From contig JAVZJD010000002.1 in assembly GCA_038870975.1 (NCBI GenBank), forward strand, positions 64,001 to 128,000: a DNA stretch of 64,000 bases, in the 5' to 3' direction. Below are positions 10,066 through 20,397 of the stretch, in pieces; position 1 is the stretch's first letter, and the number at the start of each line of letters is the position of its first letter. The translations under genes and the position numbers were made by a program. The DNA is from Candidatus Bathyarchaeia archaeon. GTDB taxonomy: Archaea; Thermoproteota; CALKCG01; B24. The notes below the pieces were generated by a model. The model saw only the letters and a list, made by a program, of their open reading frames with translations, searched no databases and was not told the origin of the DNA.

Positions 10066-11258
10066 CTTAAATACACTCCTAAGGTATCTTCTTCTCTAAG
10101 TATACCCTCTTTAACCCAAGTCTTCTCAAGCTTCATAAGCTCCTCTGCGAAAATTGGATCTTCAACAGCTACTTCCCTTGCGTATGTATACAATCCCCTG
10201 TCGAAACCGTTCATAAGCTTACTGAGTATAAGCCACTGTCTCCTATTAACTCTCTCATCCATTTTCACTTTTTCACGCATCAGTAGTTCTCTTAAATCAT
10301 TTAGAAGACTTCTAGTTTTAACGAGGTTCATTCTATGTGGAAAAACCCATAAGCTAAGCGATAACGCATCTTCTGGACTGGCTTTACCTTCAAGCCAACT
10401 TTTAGCTTTAACGAGTTGCGTTAAGACTATGGTAGACCTTTCACTAGGCGGGTCTTTAATATTGCTACATACGTCTTTAAGGAAATGGCACCCCTCACAT
10501 AGTATGGGAGGCTTCACTTCGGAGTGCTCTCTACCTCTAACGCAAGCCTGGAAATCTCTAACAAGCATGTTGATAAGCCCCACGGTTTCGCTGTCGAGCT
10601 CTACCTCCTCTACCTCCCTTCTTATGCTTTGAAGCTCTTCAAACGTTAGAACCTGAGGCATAGATTCTACAAGCTCACCCTCATAGCTCTCCAAGAGAGA
10701 TTGAAGTTTAAACTTATCGCTTAAACTGAGAGAGCTCAAGTATACGCATATGTCGAATCTATCGTAGAACGGAGGTGGATGTATGAAAGTAGTTGGGTCT
10801 GCTGGATTCTCATTAGCGAGAAGGACGTAGTCTCCAACTTTAACCCGCTGTCCATACGCCCAAACTTCTCCGAATTGCATCATATGGTGGATGTTGGAGG
10901 TCGTATAAGGATTCAACCTATTGACTTCATCTATACCCTTACCTTTAGCCTGTACAAACGCAGCCCACAGGACTTTTTCAACACCTTCCTTCTCAAGCGA
11001 GGGTATGTGAAGTCTACCGACAACTTCTCCTCGTTTAACCTCTGAAGCGCCAGATATAACTACGTAGTCTTCTCCAGTTATCCCTCTGAGTATTAAAAGC
11101 ATGAGTGTAGACTTTCCAACACCTCTCTGAGCTCTTATAAGGGTTGAGCTTCTCCTATGGAGTTGGTTTAAAATAACGATGTCTACTACTTCTTCATTCC
11201 CTACGAACCTAGCTTTCACTTCTTCTTTAAGTTTTAAAACCGATTTTTTAAGGCTCAA
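10056..11258 (-). CDS. MoxR-like AAA+ ATPase (likely start TTG 11258, overlapping the upstream stop as TTGA)
   Basis: FVGNEE, Walker A RGVGKST, DEVNR, ANENP, DRFD, S-x-R sensor. Confidence 0.85.
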   Translation of the reverse strand: MSLKKSVLKLKEEVKARFVGNEEVVDIVILNQLHRRSSTLIRAQRGVGKSTLMLLILRGITGEDYVVISGASEVKRGEVVGRLHIPSLEKEGVEKVLWAAFVQAKGKGIDEVNRLNPYTTSNIHHMMQFGEVWAYGQRVKVGDYVLLANENPADPTTFIHPPPFYDRFDICVYLSSLSLSDKFKLQSLLESYEGELVESMPQVLTFEELQSIRREVEEVELDSETVGLINMLVRDFQACVRGREHSEVKPPILCEGCHFLKDVCSNIKDPPSERSTIVLTQLVKAKSWLEGKASPEDALSLSLWVFPHRMNLVKTRSLLNDLRELLMREKVKMDERVNRRQWLILSKLMNGFDRGLYTYAREVAVEDPIFAEELMKLEKTWVKEGILREEDTLGVYLRWR

Positions 11259-11617
11259 AACTGTATACCTCCAACACGACTCATAACAACGGTAACCACT
11301 AAGATCATTAGAAGAATTATGCAAATTGTCTTCCACATTCTATTAGATTTACGAAGCTTAAGAACTTTATAGTCTAAAAGCTTAATGTGCTCTCTAATAT
11401 TGTTAAGCTCTCTTGAGGTTAAGACAACCGGTTCTGATGCGACTTGGTCTAAAAATGGAGATTCAAGGTATCGAGGTAGCTTCTCAGCATCCTCTTCCTT
11501 AACATCCCTATAGTTCCAAGAGAGCTTAGACTTATCATATGAAACGGAGGCTTTCCTAGATTCTTCGTTGAGAAAGTCCTTAAAATAATCTTTGGTTTTT
11601 TTCATCTTTATTAACAT
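11255..11617 (-). CDS. Hypothetical protein with coiled coil and C-terminal TM helix
   Basis: 120-aa ORF, hydrophobic C-terminus, stop coupled to the AAA start. Confidence 0.7.
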   Translation of the reverse strand: MLIKMKKTKDYFKDFLNEESRKASVSYDKSKLSWNYRDVKEEDAEKLPRYLESPFLDQVASEPVVLTSRELNNIREHIKLLDYKVLKLRKSNRMWKTICIILLMILVVTVVMSRVGGIQF

Positions 11618-11711
11618 TTAACTATCCTTAAATCGTAGGTAAAAACCTTTCCCAAAAAATCAACATCTTAGTTTTAACTCTTAAATACAACGGTTCGATT
11701 AACTTAAACCG

Positions 11712-13058
11712 GTGTTCGCTGTGAAAAACACGGAAGAGTTGATGAAAGATGCTGAAAACCTTATAAAAGATTGGAAGAAAGACCACTACGCATTCGGATG
11801 TAACGTTTTAAACACAGTAGGGAAGTTCGCAGGAGAGTTCGGTAGAAAGACACTAATAGTTGGAAGTAGTTCCAGCTGGGCCCAAAAGCCGATGGAAGAT
11901 ATAGTTAAAAGCCTCGGAGAGAATGGTTTATCCTACGTAAAAGTCGCAGGTGCTAGACCAAACACCCCACGTGAAGATGTCTATAGAATAGCTCTTCAAA
12001 TCTCAATGTACAAGCCAGATGTTATAGTGGCCTTCGGTGGAGGAAGTACACTGGACGCGGTTAAAGCCTCCAATATTCTAGCAACTTTTGCACCGCATGA
12101 GGTGGAGAAGTTTCTAAACGTATCTTGGAGTGAGGCATGTACAATAGAACCATACTTTGGAACTGGAATTGTAAGTAAAATGAAGGAGGCAACAGGTAGG
12201 GATTTAACGCCATTGGTGGCTGTTCAAGCTGCTTCAAGCTCAGGCTCACATTTAACGAAATACTCAAACGTGACAGACCCAGTGGCTGGTCAGAAGAAAC
12301 TCATAGTAGATGAAGCAATAACACCTAAACGTGCAGTTTTCGACTATACTGTAACGCTTACAACTTCCGAAAGCCTCACGATTGATGGAGGGTTAGACGG
12401 CTTATCCCACCTATGGGAGGTTTTCATGGGTGCCTCTGGAAAGCCGTACTTTGAAAAAGCAAAGCGTCTTGTGGAAGTAGGTGTTAGACTCATAGTCAGA
12501 GGTTTTAAGAACCTAAAAGCCGACTGGATGAACCTTAACGCTCGAGTCGGATTAGGCCTCGGCACGGACTTGGGAGGCTATGCTATTATGATAGGGGGTA
12601 CAAGCGGTCCACACTTAGGAAGCTTCTCACTAGTTGATGTTTTAACACATGGAAGAGCGTGCGGCATTCTAAACATATACTACACAGTTTTCTTCTCACC
12701 GGTTATCCAAGAACAGCTTAAAACGCTTGCACTTATCTTAAAAGAAGAGAATTTCATAGAGGAAGACGCCTCTAGTTTTGAAGGCTTAAACCTAGGCATG
12801 GCTGTTGCTAAAGGTTTAACACGGCTCTTAACGTTTCTAAGAGTACCCACTTCGCTCGCAGATGCAGGAGCTAGTGAGAGCCACATAGTGAGAATGCTTA
12901 ATGCTGCTAAAGACCCGGCGCTTAGAATGAAGCTGTTAAACATGCCAATCCCCCTAAACCCAGAGAAGGGCGATGTGGAAAAATACATGAAGCCCCTTCT
13001 ACTCGCAGCCTTCAAAGGTAGAATAGAAGACGTTAAAATAATGGAAGAATACGCTTAA
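11712..13058 (+). CDS. Iron-containing alcohol dehydrogenase family
   Basis: PNTP, GGGSTLD, DGLSHLWE, PH...THGRAC metal ligands. Confidence 0.87.
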   Translation: MFAVKNTEELMKDAENLIKDWKKDHYAFGCNVLNTVGKFAGEFGRKTLIVGSSSSWAQKPMEDIVKSLGENGLSYVKVAGARPNTPREDVYRIALQISMYKPDVIVAFGGGSTLDAVKASNILATFAPHEVEKFLNVSWSEACTIEPYFGTGIVSKMKEATGRDLTPLVAVQAASSSGSHLTKYSNVTDPVAGQKKLIVDEAITPKRAVFDYTVTLTTSESLTIDGGLDGLSHLWEVFMGASGKPYFEKAKRLVEVGVRLIVRGFKNLKADWMNLNARVGLGLGTDLGGYAIMIGGTSGPHLGSFSLVDVLTHGRACGILNIYYTVFFSPVIQEQLKTLALILKEENFIEEDASSFEGLNLGMAVAKGLTRLLTFLRVPTSLADAGASESHIVRMLNAAKDPALRMKLLNMPIPLNPEKGDVEKYMKPLLLAAFKGRIEDVKIMEEYA

Positions 13059-14068
13059 ATCATTTTCACAGCCTTTAAGGGTTTTACGTTCAACACGTCT
13101 AAATTCACCAGGTAGGGTGGCATCTCACCCCTAAGCACCGAAACTATATTTAAAGCCGCTATTTCAGCCATTTTAGACCTAGCCTCTACCGTGGCACTGG
13201 CTATATGAGGCGCTAAAACGATATTTGAAAGCTTCAAAAGAGGATTATCTTCTTCAATAGGCTCTTTTTCGAATACGTCTAAAGCCGCTCCGGCAATCCA
13301 GCCTTCCCCAAGCGCTCTAGCGAGTGCACGCGTATCCACAACGGCGCCCCTCGCAGTATTTATGAGAAAAGCGCTCTTCTTCATCAATCTAAGTTCTCTC
13401 TCACTTATTAAATGATAGGTTTCCTTCGTCAGAGGCACGTGTATCGTTACAAAATCTGATTCACGTAGAAGCTCTTCAAGAGACTTATACTCTACGTTAA
13501 GCCTCTTCTCAACATCTAAAGGAGGACGTTGGACATCATAATACATTACCTTCATGTTGAATCCTTTAGCTCTCTCAGCAACAGCCATACCTATACGCCC
13601 CAAACCTATTATCCCCAGAGTTTTACCGTAGACTGAACAGCCTAGTAGAAGCATGGGGGACCAAGCTATCTTCCACCTACCGCTTCTAACGTAATTGTCA
13701 GCTTCAACAATCCTCCTAGCTGCTCCAAGAAGTAGAGCCCAAGTGAAATCCGCAACAGCATCCGTCAATACGCCAGGCGTATTCGTCACGTATATCCCTC
13801 TTCTAGTTGCTTCTTCAACATCTATGTGATCATAGCCTACACTATAGGTGCTAATTACACGTAGATCCAACGCTGCACTTATAACTTCACTATCAATAGA
13901 ATCTGTAAGCAGACATAGTAAGGCATGTTTATCCTTCACTCGGTTGATCAAATCTTCTTTAGATGGAGGTTCATCCCTCGGATTCACCTCTACTTCACAG
14001 TACTCTCTCAAGATATCTAAAGCAGGCGAAGGCAAAATTCGGGTTACAAATACTCTAGGTTTAACCAT
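13055..14068 (-). CDS. gyaR: Glyoxylate reductase / D-2-hydroxyacid dehydrogenase
   Basis: VGYDHID, TNTPGVL, GLGRIG, INTARG, LDVFEKEP, PHIAS. Confidence 0.85.
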   Translation of the reverse strand: MVKPRVFVTRILPSPALDILREYCEVEVNPRDEPPSKEDLINRVKDKHALLCLLTDSIDSEVISAALDLRVISTYSVGYDHIDVEEATRRGIYVTNTPGVLTDAVADFTWALLLGAARRIVEADNYVRSGRWKIAWSPMLLLGCSVYGKTLGIIGLGRIGMAVAERAKGFNMKVMYYDVQRPPLDVEKRLNVEYKSLEELLRESDFVTIHVPLTKETYHLISERELRLMKKSAFLINTARGAVVDTRALARALGEGWIAGAALDVFEKEPIEEDNPLLKLSNIVLAPHIASATVEARSKMAEIAALNIVSVLRGEMPPYLVNLDVLNVKPLKAVKMI

Positions 14069-14117
14069 AAAATCATCCCTTGAGCTTCAAAAAATATAAG
14101 GAAGGTTGCAGGTAAGT

Positions 14118-15620
14118 TTACTTCTTGGGTATACGCTCCCAGATTGGTGGTATCCTTCTCTCAGATTCGGGTCCAAGAACTATCGGCGTCACTCCAGCCA
14201 TCTCACAGAGATATATTAATGGGCGGACTACGTTTCCAGCGACACCTAATATATGATTACATGGAAATATTGACGTAAACTCCTCGAAGCTACAGTGTAA
14301 TTTAGCGTGTACATGAGGCCATGTTGGGTTTGTCTGCTCATTCAGAGCTTTGCGTTCTTCAGGTGGAAGCTCAACGGCCTCACCTAAGACTATCACCATG
14401 TAAAGCTTATCCTCCCATAAACCTAATCTTGCAAATGTTATTTCGCCTGGGGCAGCATCAAACTCTACAGAGGCTCCGCCAGCCTTGAAATAGTATTCTA
14501 AAGCTGGATGGAGAGTCACTTTATTCAAATTCTCCCTTGGATCCATGCTTCTGGAGGCGTACCAACTCGCATGGTTTCCAGAGTTGCAGAAGTCCCATAT
14601 ATCTCTATCCGGGTGGTACAGTCTAACGTCCATAAACAATACAGGTAGTCCACCACTAATGTACTTTAGAAGTTGCATAGTTACTGCTGCTAAAGAATCA
14701 GCTTCAGTAGCACAAACTGTGGTCTCTTTAAACCCGTTCCAATCGTATGGGTCGTTCATAAGCATTTCAGCCACATCTCCAATGCAAACGTACTCAGTTA
14801 ATTCTCGCTGTCCTTTCAACCCGCAGAAGTCGAAGCCTTTCTCCTTATTAACCATTCTCATGGCTAAGTAGAGCCTAATCTGAGTCTTTAAAGTTTCACG
14901 TGTAAGCATCTTACCATCATACTTTATACGGTCTCCCAGAAGCTCTTCAAACCACTTCAGCCCCTTTTCAACCTCCTTCTCATCAACCTCCTCCATCTTT
15001 TTCACTAAAAGCAACTGGTCTATTTGACGTGCTGTTACTCCAAAAGTCTTTATTATCGGAACTAAGTGGAAGTATCCGGTCTCCATTCCCATCGAATGTC
15101 CACCGTACATTCCGTAGACCTCATTCTGAATAACAGTGTATGCTTGCGCGGCTCGGACCCAGTCTATAACCTTAGCCCTAGTCTCAGGGTCTTCTATGTC
15201 GCCTATTATACGGTGTGTTCTAAGACCTACTTGACGTAGAGCTCCATCCGTCGCTAGAAGTCCAACGTTCCCAGGGAACTTACCACTATTGTTTGAAAGA
15301 CATAGTATAGGCTTATCTCTACCGACTGTATTTATAAAAGGCCATACGAAGAATGGGAAATTCCACACGTAGAAACATAAAATCACCTGCTTACAATTTG
15401 CCCTAGCAATTTCTTCGCCCACTTTCTGCGCCGACCTCACAGATCTTATAAGCTCAGAGCCTACAACCACTTCAGGCGAAGACCCATCTATGTTTTTAAC
15501 GCCTCTCTTTATGACGTCAGCCCACTTGTATAGGATATCCATACACTCCGAGTAGTACTGACGGTGTACATGCTCTCTCTCGTCGACAAACATCACCATA
15601 CCTATGGGTGTAGTACGCAT
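14118..15620 (-). CDS. L-fucose/D-arabinose isomerase family protein
   Basis: GGHSMGM, KGQREL, CATEAD, FMDVR, CNSG, PTWPH, CNH. Confidence 0.85.
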   Translation of the reverse strand: MRTTPIGMVMFVDEREHVHRQYYSECMDILYKWADVIKRGVKNIDGSSPEVVVGSELIRSVRSAQKVGEEIARANCKQVILCFYVWNFPFFVWPFINTVGRDKPILCLSNNSGKFPGNVGLLATDGALRQVGLRTHRIIGDIEDPETRAKVIDWVRAAQAYTVIQNEVYGMYGGHSMGMETGYFHLVPIIKTFGVTARQIDQLLLVKKMEEVDEKEVEKGLKWFEELLGDRIKYDGKMLTRETLKTQIRLYLAMRMVNKEKGFDFCGLKGQRELTEYVCIGDVAEMLMNDPYDWNGFKETTVCATEADSLAAVTMQLLKYISGGLPVLFMDVRLYHPDRDIWDFCNSGNHASWYASRSMDPRENLNKVTLHPALEYYFKAGGASVEFDAAPGEITFARLGLWEDKLYMVIVLGEAVELPPEERKALNEQTNPTWPHVHAKLHCSFEEFTSIFPCNHILGVAGNVVRPLIYLCEMAGVTPIVLGPESERRIPPIWERIPKK

Positions 15621-15673
15621 AATACCACAATTCTAAATTGAAGATGGAGAGTTAAAAAGCATTACGTTTAAAA

Positions 15674-16546
15674 CTACGTCCCAATGTGTACGTTTTCAGC
15701 AATCTTTTTTAACGTCGCTAAAGCTGAGAGAGAAGCTAGAAAACTTGTCTTCGGGTTTTCCGGTGTAGGCTTATTCTCTGTTACACAGCATAGTCTGCCA
15801 AATTCTCCCTCAACGACTACTTCGTGTACGTTTCCCGAAATCCGTGGATCTGCGATTATTTTAACTTTGACTTTTTCAGGCCCTATGGAGGCTAAGCTTA
15901 GAGTAGCAGCTACGTTTATCGAAGATGGGAACAGTTTACAGGCTTCTACAGCTGGTCCCTCATACAATACTAGTGGCTCCTCTAGATCGGTTAAATTCAA
16001 TCCCTTAGACTTAACGTAGGGATTGTCTATGAAAACTCTAGGAGGCTTCCTAGAGGTAAGAGTGACGGAACTGATTCCACCAATTCCAGCTGCTTTAACG
16101 GCATCTAAGCCAGCTATAGCACCTGAGGGTATTAAAACCTCGACTTTTCTACGTGAAGCAGCCTCCCTAAGCCTCTCATAAAGCTCTAAATCAGCTAGAG
16201 CACCTACGCTCATAATCATGAGGTTTTTTCCAGCTTCAATTATAGGTAAACCGTATTCTCTCACGGCTTCTTGACTGGCGGCTTCAACGACAAGCTCTAC
16301 ATCTCCCTCCAAAATCTCCGATATGTCCAGTGCAATCTTAGGCTTATGTTTTAAAGAATCTACCAGCTTCCTAGCCTTCTCAATATCCTTATCATATAAT
16401 ATTTTAAGCTTCAAACCATCTAATAGACTGCTGTCGAGTGCTTTAGCCACATAGCTCCCTATGGCTCCACAACCTATAATTGCGACACCTATAGATCTAG
16501 ATGAGGCATCTACCGTATACCTGCCACCTGTCTTAGACATCAACAA
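15674..16546 (-). CDS. nadX: L-aspartate dehydrogenase
   Basis: GCGAIG, VEAAS, SGAIAGLD, RKPP, FPSSINVAA, NVHE, NPKTS. Confidence 0.92.
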   Translation of the reverse strand: MLMSKTGGRYTVDASSRSIGVAIIGCGAIGSYVAKALDSSLLDGLKLKILYDKDIEKARKLVDSLKHKPKIALDISEILEGDVELVVEAASQEAVREYGLPIIEAGKNLMIMSVGALADLELYERLREAASRRKVEVLIPSGAIAGLDAVKAAGIGGISSVTLTSRKPPRVFIDNPYVKSKGLNLTDLEEPLVLYEGPAVEACKLFPSSINVAATLSLASIGPEKVKVKIIADPRISGNVHEVVVEGEFGRLCCVTENKPTPENPKTSFLASLSALATLKKIAENVHIGT

Positions 16547-16610
16547 GGCTTAATTTAACTTTTCCGCTTAAATACATCTTTAAATCACCAGAAGTCTTAC
16601 TAGACTAACG

Positions 16611-17510
16611 GTGGACTGTTTGACTATACATTTGACCATTGAACAACTCCTACGGTTTTTAGAGGAGGATTTAGGCTTTGGAGATATCACGTCTGAGCTT
16701 CTAATACCGAAGGATTTGAAAGCTAAAGGTGTGATCGTTGCAAAGGAGAATGGGGTTGTAGCAGGCGTTGAAGAGGCCGAAATGCTGTTTAAACACTTCG
16801 GTGTAGATGTGAAGATTAACCGTAGAGATGGAGATGCCGTTAATCCTGGAGATGTAATATTAGAGGTTGAAGGAAAGGCGCGGAGCATACTCATGGTTGA
16901 ACGTACAGTTTTAAACATAATGATGCGTATGAGTGGCATAGCGACTGAAACTAGAAACCTCGTAGAGAAGGTCAGAAGAGCCGGTTTAAACGTTAGAATC
17001 GCGGCTACACGTAAAACAGCCCCAGGTTTAAGAGCCCTCGATAAGAAGGCCGTTATACTTGGAGGAGGCGAGCCACATAGGCTCCGATTAGATGATGCTG
17101 TTCTCATTAAAGACAACCACATAACCCTCGTAGGTTCTGTTAGAGAAGCCGTTCAACGGGCCAGAGAAAACATAAGCTTCATAAAAAAGGTCGAGGTTGA
17201 AGCCAAAACGGTAAGCGAAGCCTTAGAAGCCTCTGAAAGTGGAGCAGACATATTGATGCTCGACAATATGAAGCCTGAGCAGATTCGAGAGGTCATCCAA
17301 CGTTTGAAAGATAAGGGCTTATACGGCAGGGTTCTACTAGAAGCATCTGGTGGTATAAACCCAACAAATATACTGGAGTATGCATCTACGGGGGTTCACG
17401 TGATTTCACTCGGATATTTAACGCATTCAGCTAAAGCACTGGATATGAGTCTTGAAATAACTGCGAAATACGTAGAAACCAACAATTGCAAATCAGAAAA
17501 CAATAAATAA
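16611..17510 (+). CDS. nadC: Quinolinate phosphoribosyltransferase
   Basis: GDITS, ERTVLN, TRKTAPG, HRLRLDD, IKDNH, LDN, EASGGI. Confidence 0.95.
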   Translation: MDCLTIHLTIEQLLRFLEEDLGFGDITSELLIPKDLKAKGVIVAKENGVVAGVEEAEMLFKHFGVDVKINRRDGDAVNPGDVILEVEGKARSILMVERTVLNIMMRMSGIATETRNLVEKVRRAGLNVRIAATRKTAPGLRALDKKAVILGGGEPHRLRLDDAVLIKDNHITLVGSVREAVQRARENISFIKKVEVEAKTVSEALEASESGADILMLDNMKPEQIREVIQRLKDKGLYGRVLLEASGGINPTNILEYASTGVHVISLGYLTHSAKALDMSLEITAKYVETNNCKSENNK

Positions 17511-17535
17511 AGGAAATGCTTTCTTCAAATTTTGA

Positions 17536-17609
17536 GGGCCCGTAGCTCAGCCAGGTAGAGCGACAGGCTCATAACCTGTTGGTCGGGGGTTCGAATCCCT
17601 CCGGGCCCA
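17536..17609 (+). tRNA. tRNA-Ile2 (anticodon CAU, agmatidine-modified type)
   Basis: Cloverleaf with GGGCCCG/CGGGCCC acceptor, CAT at 17570-17572, GGTTCGAATCC T-arm; this acceptor is typical of archaeal Ile2, not Met. Confidence 0.88.
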
Positions 17610-17615
17610 CCCCCT

Positions 17616-18683
17616 TTAAGGAGGTTTTAGAAGGCTCCAGAATTCCTTTGGAAGCCTAATATCATATCTCCCTGGTTTTTCAACTGGTAGTTCACCACTC
17701 TTTATCATCGCAAACAGTGGGTTTTCTAGTGTTTGAAGAGGCATACGTATGAGACTTCTTGAGCGACTAGATTCGTATATTGCCATCATTATCTCCATAT
17801 CTATCCTAGATTGGTAGCCGCTACTCCTATGCATACTGACTTTACCTTCAACCCAGTCTATCAGCTGTGAAAACTCTGTTGTTTTATCTTCTAAAGGCTT
17901 AAGTTTGTCCCACCCTTCTGATGATAAAACTTTAGCCTCTTCATCTGTTGCGACGAGTAAACCTTCTGTGCACTCTAATATCACGTGAAACCACTCTAAT
18001 TTATGCGTAATAGGAGTATCCACTTCGATCAGGAGTTTCACTCCGTCTTTAAAGGAGACTAGGCCTACGCATCGGTCTTCTATCGGTATACCCCTTTCAT
18101 ACCTATCCGTTTTCCGTTCAATCTGCCCTATAACCCACTCAGGCTCAGGGTCTCCAAGCCAAAATCTAACTGTGTTTACCAGGTGAGAACCGTTGTTTAA
18201 AAGCCCATCTTCTCTCCTCCCATGTGCCAATATAGGCCTACCAAGTATCCCCTTTGAAAGAAACTCCTTAACGGATAAATGGACTGGGTGAAATCTACGC
18301 TGATGCCTAACCGCCAATTTAACACCATACTTATCACAGGCTTCAACCATCATATTGGCTTCGCTTAGGCTCACAGCCATAGGCTTTTCACATAAAACAC
18401 CTTTAACATCGGATTCGGCGGCTTTAACGGTTATCTCAGCGTGTGTTTGAGCCCACGTACAAACGCTCACAAAATCTAAATCCTCATTTTTAAACATCTC
18501 CACATAGTCTCTGTAAAACCTTCTTATGCCGAATTTACCTGCTAAAGTCTCTGCCCTAGCCAAATCTATATCTGCAACTGCAACTACTTCAGCAGAACCT
18601 GTGCTAAGCCAGCCTTGAATATGGCTCGAAGCAATACCCCCGCATCCTACAATTCCAACTGTGTATTTAGCCACTGCCGTCAC
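17616..18683 (-). CDS. Gfo/Idh/MocA oxidoreductase
   Basis: GCGGIA, CEKPMA, RRFHP, NGSH. Confidence 0.9.
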   Translation of the reverse strand: MTAVAKYTVGIVGCGGIASSHIQGWLSTGSAEVVAVADIDLARAETLAGKFGIRRFYRDYVEMFKNEDLDFVSVCTWAQTHAEITVKAAESDVKGVLCEKPMAVSLSEANMMVEACDKYGVKLAVRHQRRFHPVHLSVKEFLSKGILGRPILAHGRREDGLLNNGSHLVNTVRFWLGDPEPEWVIGQIERKTDRYERGIPIEDRCVGLVSFKDGVKLLIEVDTPITHKLEWFHVILECTEGLLVATDEEAKVLSSEGWDKLKPLEDKTTEFSQLIDWVEGKVSMHRSSGYQSRIDMEIMMAIYESSRSRSLIRMPLQTLENPLFAMIKSGELPVEKPGRYDIRLPKEFWSLLKPP

Positions 18684-18753
18684 CTAGACTTGAAGAACGT
18701 AAAGTGTCTATATAAAGGTCTTTTTTAGGATAAAATAAGAGGAAGATTTACCT

Positions 18754-19551
18754 TTACAGAAACCGCTGAAGAAGCCGCTCTACATTCCTATGTAGAATAT
18801 TATGGCGTTCTTCATCAGTTATCCTAGAGAAGATCACACAACCTATTCCATAGTGTGGGTCAAACCAAGGCAAATCTGTGCCGAACAGTATCTTCTCAGA
18901 CCCAGCTCCTTTAACCATCCATTCTATTACGCCGTTCACAGCGTAAGCTGCGGTTAACTCTAGGTAGACGTTTGGATAGTCCCGTGCCACTTGGATAGCC
19001 TTCTCCCACTCTCCATAGCCTGAATGCCCCATTAGAAATATGACGTTCGGATATTTGACGGCTATTTTCTCGACGAGCGCTGGGGAATCGTAGGGGCTAT
19101 AACCCCAGGTGTGAAGTAGCACTATCAATCTATTTTCATCAGCATATTTTAAAGCGTTTTCATACCTCGGACTAGTTATAGGATGCTTATGGTAATCTGA
19201 CAGAAATTTAAATCCAACAAACCCCTCGAGCTCTGAGAACCTTCTTATCTCATTAGGTATTTCTTCTGGGTAATTTGGATTTATAACCCAGTATGCTCTA
19301 AATCTATCTGGATACTTTCTCACAACATCAACCATTTTGATATTCTCTCTACTGTCTATCAGAGCCGCATGAGAACTTGAGATGGCTATTTTCACGCCGC
19401 ATCTATCCATAGTACGTATCATATCTTCAGGTGAAGGATTTGGAAAGTATATACCTTGGTATGGTCCTAGGTGCGTATGCACATCTATCACGGGGCAAGA
19501 CCTGCTCTTCCCCTCATCCATAAACTCTCTAACTATTTGAGAAGATATCAT
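18754..19551 (-). CDS. Amidohydrolase 2 family
   Basis: DVHTH, LLHT, GHSG, FGTD. Confidence 0.88.
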   Translation of the reverse strand: MISSQIVREFMDEGKSRSCPVIDVHTHLGPYQGIYFPNPSPEDMIRTMDRCGVKIAISSSHAALIDSRENIKMVDVVRKYPDRFRAYWVINPNYPEEIPNEIRRFSELEGFVGFKFLSDYHKHPITSPRYENALKYADENRLIVLLHTWGYSPYDSPALVEKIAVKYPNVIFLMGHSGYGEWEKAIQVARDYPNVYLELTAAYAVNGVIEWMVKGAGSEKILFGTDLPWFDPHYGIGCVIFSRITDEERHNILHRNVERLLQRFL

Positions 19552-20348
19552 ATCCTCACCCTCCTGAGTATACGTCTAATGTTACCCGAGGCTATCATCC
19601 CCCTCTCTTTGCTCGTTATATCTGCTTGAGCCAACATTAGAATAGGTCCACCTGGGTTCCACCAAGGATAGCCCGTGCCAAATAAGAGTCTTTCTGCACC
19701 GTATTTTGCACAGAAGTCGCTTATACCACCATCCAATTCATACCTTGAAATGTCTAAGTACAGATTCTCATACTTCTCAATTAACGGTCTGAAAAACCTA
19801 TCCTGACCCCAACTTCCGTGCTCTGTTACTACGAGTGTTAAATCCGGAGCATCAGACAGTATCTGCTCGATTAAATACCAGCCAGATATTCCCCCGCAGG
19901 ATTCGTTAATTGAGATGAATAGTGGAATATTCCCCTCGATCATAAAGTCGTAGAGTGATCCCAAGGCCGTTCTAGTCATTAGAAACTTATGCTCTGAAGG
20001 AAATGCTCTAAAAGCCTTTATTCTGTTGAGCTTCATCTTTTCAAGTAAATCTTCGAAAGACCCCATCTCTCCAGTTTGCGGTGGGAGTATTGCAAAAACC
20101 CCATAAAGCCTACCAATACCTTTAATTTCACTTGCGAGTATTTCATTTCCTACAACGGGTGAATCATCACGTTGTCTTGAATGGAAGACTAAGGCTTCTT
20201 TAATACCGTAGAAATCCATCTCCTCCAATAGTTCTTTAGCGCTTTCAGCATACCTAATCGGTCTAATCATAGGTCTACCGAAACACGCATTACAATCGAA
20301 AAACTCCAATCGAGTCAACCCTCGTCTGTCCATTATATGTATCGACAT
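19548..20348 (-). CDS. Amidohydrolase-like paralog lacking metal ligands
   Basis: Same fold motifs (NLYLDIS, LLFGTG), but DCNAC replaces DxHxH and FGTG replaces FGTD. Confidence 0.78.
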   Translation of the reverse strand: MSIHIMDRRGLTRLEFFDCNACFGRPMIRPIRYAESAKELLEEMDFYGIKEALVFHSRQRDDSPVVGNEILASEIKGIGRLYGVFAILPPQTGEMGSFEDLLEKMKLNRIKAFRAFPSEHKFLMTRTALGSLYDFMIEGNIPLFISINESCGGISGWYLIEQILSDAPDLTLVVTEHGSWGQDRFFRPLIEKYENLYLDISRYELDGGISDFCAKYGAERLLFGTGYPWWNPGGPILMLAQADITSKERGMIASGNIRRILRRVRI

Positions 20349-20397
20349 TTAAAACTTTTCACCTTAGAATGTTTAAAACGTAGAACAATCATCGAGA

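Noticed and set aside
11259-11336. ORF-track start of the AAA ATPase at 11336
   Set aside because: Overlaps the upstream gene; TTG 11258 with a TTGA overlap is more plausible.
17536-17609. tRNA-Met call from the CAT anticodon
   Set aside because: The GGGCCCG acceptor fits archaeal Ile2; it lacks the initiator A1-U72 pair and GGG/CCC anticodon stem.
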